This document shows, one piece after another, positions 58,196-64,000 of a DNA stretch of 64,000 nt (positions within the stretch are counted from its first letter, which is position 1; every line of letters begins with the position of its first letter). Both the position numbers and the translations under genes were made by a program. The DNA lies in assembly GCF_041956535.1 (NCBI RefSeq), contig NW_027192193.1:636235-700234 (forward strand), written 5' to 3'. This stretch comes from Calcarisporiella thermophila CBS 279.70 (lineage: Eukaryota > Fungi > Calcarisporiellomycota). Under the pieces are notes generated by a model. It was not told the origin of the DNA. It saw nothing but the letters and a program-made list of their open reading frames with translations, and made no database searches.

Positions 58196-61088
58196 ATGGC
58201 AAAGCAGAAGAAGAGCACTAAAAAATTTCAAAAGAAGCACCTTGCTGCTACTATTGAAAGGCGGAAGAAGATACAAAAAGTGAATCAAGACATCAAAAAG
58301 CGAGAGTTTAAAAAGAAGGAGAATGCGATTCGAAGACAGCTAAAAGAAGGTTATAAATTTTTAGTGATGCATTTATATTCTACTTCTTCTCTTACTCTAT
58401 TTCGATGCTCCTTTTTTAGAAGATGATAGGGAAAAAATAACGGATGATTCTGAGGAAGACGAATTTATTGACAGTGAAAATAAGTACGTTGATTACCTTG
58501 TATATTAAACTATACTTATCATTTATATCATTTTTTAGATTCTCCAATATGAGCGTATCTGAGTTTTTTAAAAGCGGATTTGATGAGGAAGACGATGAGA
58601 AGCTTAGTGATGATGTAGGCTATCGTTATTTTTATTAGATTACTATTTAAATAGGATTTAAAGGTTTATATCTTGATCTAGGAGGAAGATTTTGAAGAGC
58701 TAGAGGTATCGGAAGGTATGTCAAATATATATATATATGTATATTTATACTTGTATTAAATATTTTTATTTATTCAGATGACGAGCACAATAGTGAAAAA
58801 TCTGAGGAAGAACGAATCGACAATGAAAATTCAGACCCAGAGGCTAATAGTGATGAGATGGAAGAGGAAGCGTTACGTGAGATGGAAGAACAAATTTCCA
58901 AATTTGAATCATCTTCTGGAGGTCCTACAGCCATTACAAAGGAAATGATTGCTCAGTGGCAAGACGCAATTACGAAAGTAAATATAACTATCTATTTCAT
59001 TGTGTAATTTTATTGCATTATAATATTTTCATTCTCTCTACCAGAAAAAATCTCTTCGCTCACTCCGTCGGTTATTACTCGCTTATCGTGCAGCAGCCCA
59101 TATCAATGAAGATGAGGATGGTCGCCAATATGCATATAAGATCGAAAGCGGCTCTAGTATGATTTTAACGAAATAATTTTGCTGAATATTTTGGTAGCAT
59201 ATTAATTTCATATTTTTCTCTATAGTCTTCAATAAACTAGTAGTAGTCTGCCTAAAGTATGTAATTGATGTCTTTGAACATCATCTACCTGTAAAACAAG
59301 TAGAGGGGAAGACGTAAGTACATTTAATTTTAATTTGCGCCTCATCCATTCCAAATTTTAATGCCTGCCTTAAAAAAGAAAATTACCTTCTTCATCTCCG
59401 AAGTGGGAGAGCCTTCAAGGAGTCATCAAGTCGTTCCTATCCAACACTCTCCATCTTTTGAAAGAATTGACCGATAACAATATGATATATTTTGCTGTTA
59501 AAGAATCTGAAAAAGCTATTCGATATTGGGCTTGTTTCCCGAAATTAGCACGGGAATATCTCAAAGTTTGTTAATTTCATTTTATTTCGGCTACATTGAA
59601 TTATAATTCTCTATTTTTTTTTTTTTTGCAGATTTTACTTAATTTCTGGGGCACGGCTGAAGATAATGTTCGAATAATTTCGTTCCTTAATATTAGAAAG
59701 CTCGCGGTCACTAGCCCTTCTCCATTCCTCGCTATGGCGTTAAAGGGCATTTATCTTAGCTATGTGCGCAATTCTAAGACGACAAATGTACACACTCTAC
59801 CTTCAATCAACCTTATGTGCAACATGGCTACCGAAATCTATGGCTTAGATTTTAATGCATCCTATCAGCACGCATTCGTCTATATCCGTCAACTTGCAAT
59901 CCATTTACGCAATTCCATGACAATCAAGAGCAAAGTAAGATGCTTGAATTATTTACCTTCCAACCTAAAACTGTCTTTTAATAATTTCTGCCCCATGATT
60001 AGGAGAGTTATAAAGCAGTATATAATTGGCAATTCATTCATTGCCTTGAGTTCTGGGCCAACGTGCTTGCTACTTATTGTGATACTCAACGTGTTGCAGA
60101 GCATGGCGAATGCCTCCTTCAATCTCTTATCTATCCATTTGTCCAAGTTGCAGCAGGCGTTATACGGTATATTCCTTTTCTTTTTCAAATATCCTCTTTC
60201 CCTCTTTATTAAAATTTCTTTTATTATATAGCTTGATCCCTACTGCACAATATTTTCCTCTACGCTTTCATGTGATACGACTACTTTTACCGTTAATACA
60301 AAAAACGGGAACCTTCATTCCGCTAGCGCCTTATCTATTTGAAGTACTTGACTCTGCGGAAATGCGTCGAAAACCTCGACCAAGTACAGCGAAAAAATTA
60401 GAATTTGAAACGCATCTCAAGGCCCCTAAACAATATATTGGAAATAAAATTTACCAGGTGTGTACTTTTATCTTCACTCTCTCGCCCTATTTATTATTTT
60501 CGAATTGAAATCTTTTTTAACCGTTTTCAATGTATAGGATGGGATTGCTGAGCAGTTAGTCGAGCTTTTACTCGAGTACTATGCTTGCTATTGTCTTTCG
60601 ATTGCCTTCCCCGAATTAACGATTCCAGCAGTTGTGCAGGTAGCATTGTGCTTTTATAGAGTTGCAGAGATGAATAATTAACAGAATTATTGTAATTTAT
60701 TACTGCTAGTTAAAGAGGCATATTAAAAAATCGAAGAACGTTAAATTCAATAAGCAACTGCACGGGCTAGTGGAAAAGGTAATAGTTTATTTCTATTAGC
60801 AAGCATACTGTAGCTAGTTGATTGAATAGATGATCAACTTATATTATAGATTGAGCAACAGGCGAAGTATATTGAAAGAGCGCGCTCTCAAGTAGAGTAC
60901 AGCCCCAAAGATCAATCCCAAGTGGTAAAAATTATTTTAAATTTGTCTACGGCCTTCTGTCTCTGATAATGTTTTGAAATATTAGCATGCCTTTTTACGT
61001 GACGTGAAACCTGAACAAACACCCCTTGGACAGTATTGCAGAAATGCCAGAAAACTACGTGAGCAGAGACGTAAGCTCCTGGAAACAG
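58196..61088 (+). CDS. NOC2: Nucleolar complex protein 2
   Basis: KKSTKKFQKKHL, YQHAFVYIRQLAIHLRN, VYNWQFIH, YFPLRFH, SIAFPEL. Confidence 0.94.
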
Positions 61089-61249
61089 CGAATGAAGAGA
61101 GTGAATAGTTACAGTGTTCTGCGAAATAAAGATTGTTAATTTATATTTACATTCATAAATTTGTTTATTATAATTCTATTTTCGGCAAAGTTAAATCATT
61201 CAGTAATGAAAATTAAGATAGCAAAATAGAAAATGGAATTCGTGTACAA

Positions 61250-62887
61250 TTATTTGCCATCTTTCCGTTGTGCCCGAGACGATGAAGATGCTAAGGAAGA
61301 GTTAGAGGGTGCCGGTGATGCAGTGCGAGATTGACCGCGTTTTGGCCGAAGGGTTTGCCCTTCACCTTTAAACTTAGACTCCTGGTTTACAAATTAATTA
61401 GTTGGAGTATGAAGGTTGAGGCATATAATTATTCTATAATTGTTATTACCACTGAATCTACTGGCGCCTCCACTTCGTTCTGAAAAGGTTTGATCTCATA
61501 TCCAAAATAGAGCTTACCAAACGGTAAATTAAGTGGGGCAGGTGCAATATTCTCAGCGTCCGGTTTTGCACTGGCTTTCTCGTCTGAACTCATCAGATTA
61601 GATTTTATATCAGTATTTGACACAGAAGAGGAGACTGATGGAGTAGGCGAGCGCGATTGAGCGAGGTTTCCGCCGAGACGTTGACCACTACCTTTGAATG
61701 CAGTGAAGCCAAGCGGTGGAGATGAGACAGATTGGTCGATATTCATGGTTTTTGCCTATTTTCAAATTATGATGAGTAACCGGAATTCAATATAGAATCT
61801 GAAAAAGGACGTGTTAACCATTGCAGGTATTTTAGGAGCTGGGGCAGGTTCTTTATATCCTACTGGAGGAGCAAAGTCAACCTATTGAATATAATTAATA
61901 GATATAAATTAGAAATGAAGGTCTACTTTGTTACTTACGCTAAGATCGGTTTCTACTATCGAAATTGCACCACGGGTACTAGGTTTAACCTCCACGACCA
62001 GGATTTCATAAATTTTTCTGTTATAGCTTATTTGAATAATATCCCCTTCAGTGAGCGTGGAAAAGGTGCGAAGCTCATTTTCAAGTCTAAAATTAGAGAA
62101 TTAGACGAATATGCACCAGATAAGATAAGGGATGAATAGAAAACATGTAGAGACATACACAGCTTTAGGATCACTAATGTCCAAAAAATCTACCGATTGT
62201 GGTTGTAATTTGACATAGGTTCCAAGAGGCAAGCTTGCATTTTTGACTTGAATAATATCACCTGGTTCTACTAAAAGGGTTTGCATCATCTGTGAAGCAA
62301 TGAGGTGAGTTAAAAATTTGGGTTAATACTATATTACTAATGTTATTACCCAATGTGGCAGATAAACATGACCTTCTTGCGCTACAAATTCCAGCACTCC
62401 AGCATGTGTTCGTCTTTCGTGATCTTCATTAACAAGCTCAAAAAGCATCGGATATTGGATATTTAAACTAGCTGTTAATAGAATAAAAGTAATGGGATTC
62501 AGCAAGACTTTACTGGCTACAAACTTAATTAACTAACCTAGTTTTGCAAGAGCTGATGGCGGCAAAATAACTAAAATCAGAGATCAGAGCCGTAAGAAAT
62601 TGGATATTGAAATTTAGTATTAGTATAAAATCATAAATTGATTAAAGCGTTTTTTAGTAAAAATTTACTTTTTCCTCCGTAATTTACTTTCTCACGTTCC
62701 TTTCCGTCCATCATTCCAACCGAATAACAGCGATAATGCTCTGAAAATCCTTGGCCTCCCAAATAACGGGAGGGTCCAAAAAAGTGGCCATAACTTTCAT
62801 CATCGTAGCCGCCGAACTAAACAGTTTAAATAAGAATGATTATCGAATTGCATTTGATCTAACCAAACTTGATTTAACTAGTACCAT
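61250..62887 (-). CDS. UFD1: Ubiquitin fusion degradation protein 1
   Basis: [54 protein letters not shown]; first coding exon is the ATG only. Confidence 0.95.
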
Positions 62888-63035
62888 GATTACGCGAAAT
62901 TTAATAAATTTAAGGAGATTTTAAGAAACCACACGGTCTAATAATGCTTCTCATCATAAAAGTGGCTTATTGGGATTTCGATTTCAGACTTTAATAGTAA
63001 AAATATTTATTATATGATCTCCTTCAAGCCAAAAT

Positions 63036-63980
63036 TTAGTGAGTTGCCTGAGCACGGCGACGGTCACGTTCTTCTGCAATCGTAAGCTTGACACCTTTTC
63101 CTTTGGGAAGGGATATCCAAGGCTTGTTACCTTGGCCGATAACAAAAACGTTAGATAGACGGGTAGCAAACTGACGATCAAGCGAATCCTTGATGTGCAC
63201 AATATCAAATCCACCAATATGACGTTCACGGTGAGTGATAACACCAACACGACCCATGTTGCGTCCACCCGTGATCATGCATACATTCCCAACCTCAAAA
63301 TGAACAAAATCAGAGATTTTTCCGGTCTCGAGGTCAAGGCGAATGGTATCATTAACATTGATAAGGGGATCAGGGTAACGAATAGTACGGCCATCGTGAG
63401 TAACAATGTATGGGATACCCTTTGCGCCCAATTGCACACGCTTGACGCGGCAAAGCTTGTATGTTGCTTCTTCGGAGGTGATACGGTGGACGGTGAAGCG
63501 GCCCTTCACGTCGTAGATGAGACGGAAATGCTCACCAGTCTTCTCGATTGTAATCACATCCATGAATCCAGCAGGGTAGGTGCTATCCGTGCGCACCTTA
63601 CCATCAACCTTAACAAGGCGTTGCATCAAAATGCTCTGCACCTCTTTTCCATTAAGCGCGTACTTCAAGCGGTTACGCAGGAAGATAATAAGAGGAAGGC
63701 ATTCACGGAGCTAAAAATATATTAAAAGCATTATATATCACGAGTTGTAAAGATTAAATACTAAATGGCTAAAAAATCCCTCGAGTTTGAACGCATACCT
63801 TATGAGGACCGGGAGAAGGGCGGGGAGCTTTATAGAGAATTTTTTGAATTAGTATGAAAGAATAACTAATGTAATAAGATCATCAGCATTATATTTTATT
63901 TACCATAGCAACCCGTCAATTTGTCCAGCATCCAATGCTTGGGAGCAGCAAGACGCTTCAAGTGCTTACGAGGACCACGC
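63036..63980 (-). CDS. RPS4: 40S ribosomal protein S4 (eS4); 5' end outside the window
   Basis: [50 protein letters not shown]. Confidence 0.97.
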
Positions 63981-64000
63981 TAAAAAAAATGATGATAATA

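Noticed and set aside
63195-63725. 176-aa ORF antisense to RPS4 (and similar antisense ORFs over MET16, PLC and the kelch gene)
   Set aside because: Explained by codon bias of the sense gene; no recognisable motifs.

Overview
This is gene-dense, intron-rich eukaryotic DNA from a fungus, most likely an early-diverging Mucoromycota-like lineage. That call rests on short (~45-110 nt) GT-AG introns, fungal protein signatures, and the presence of METTL5 and a sepiapterin reductase. I reconstructed about 29 protein-coding loci by hand from splice signals: PI-phospholipase C, PAPS reductase, a minimal SET protein, sepiapterin reductase, a Mn-type CDF transporter, a Slm1-like PH protein, a MARVEL-like membrane protein, an orphan multi-exon locus, ELP1, CUL4, an unknown multi-pass membrane protein, an M14 carboxypeptidase, an HMG-box factor, CSN2, a Tea1/Kel1-like kelch protein, a nucleotidyltransferase, an APP1-like phosphatase, METTL5, QCR6, two alpha/beta hydrolases, a glutaredoxin-like gene missing from the ORF track, an Atp23-like peptidase, EAF7, a penta-EF-hand protein, BMT5, NOC2, UFD1 and RPS4 (running off the right edge). 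I found no tRNA, rRNA, CRISPR or recognisable transposon. The most unexplained signals are: (i) a ~150-200 nt G.U-rich nested-stem element at 17604-17809 that looks like an unclassified structured RNA; (ii) non-canonical splice donors, namely a probable GA-AG intron, two GC-AG introns and a possible AT-AG intron; (iii) an alpha/beta hydrolase with Asn at the nucleophile position; (iv) a marked drop in GC content between the left ~14 kb and the rest. All exon boundaries were read by eye and are not confirmed by transcripts.
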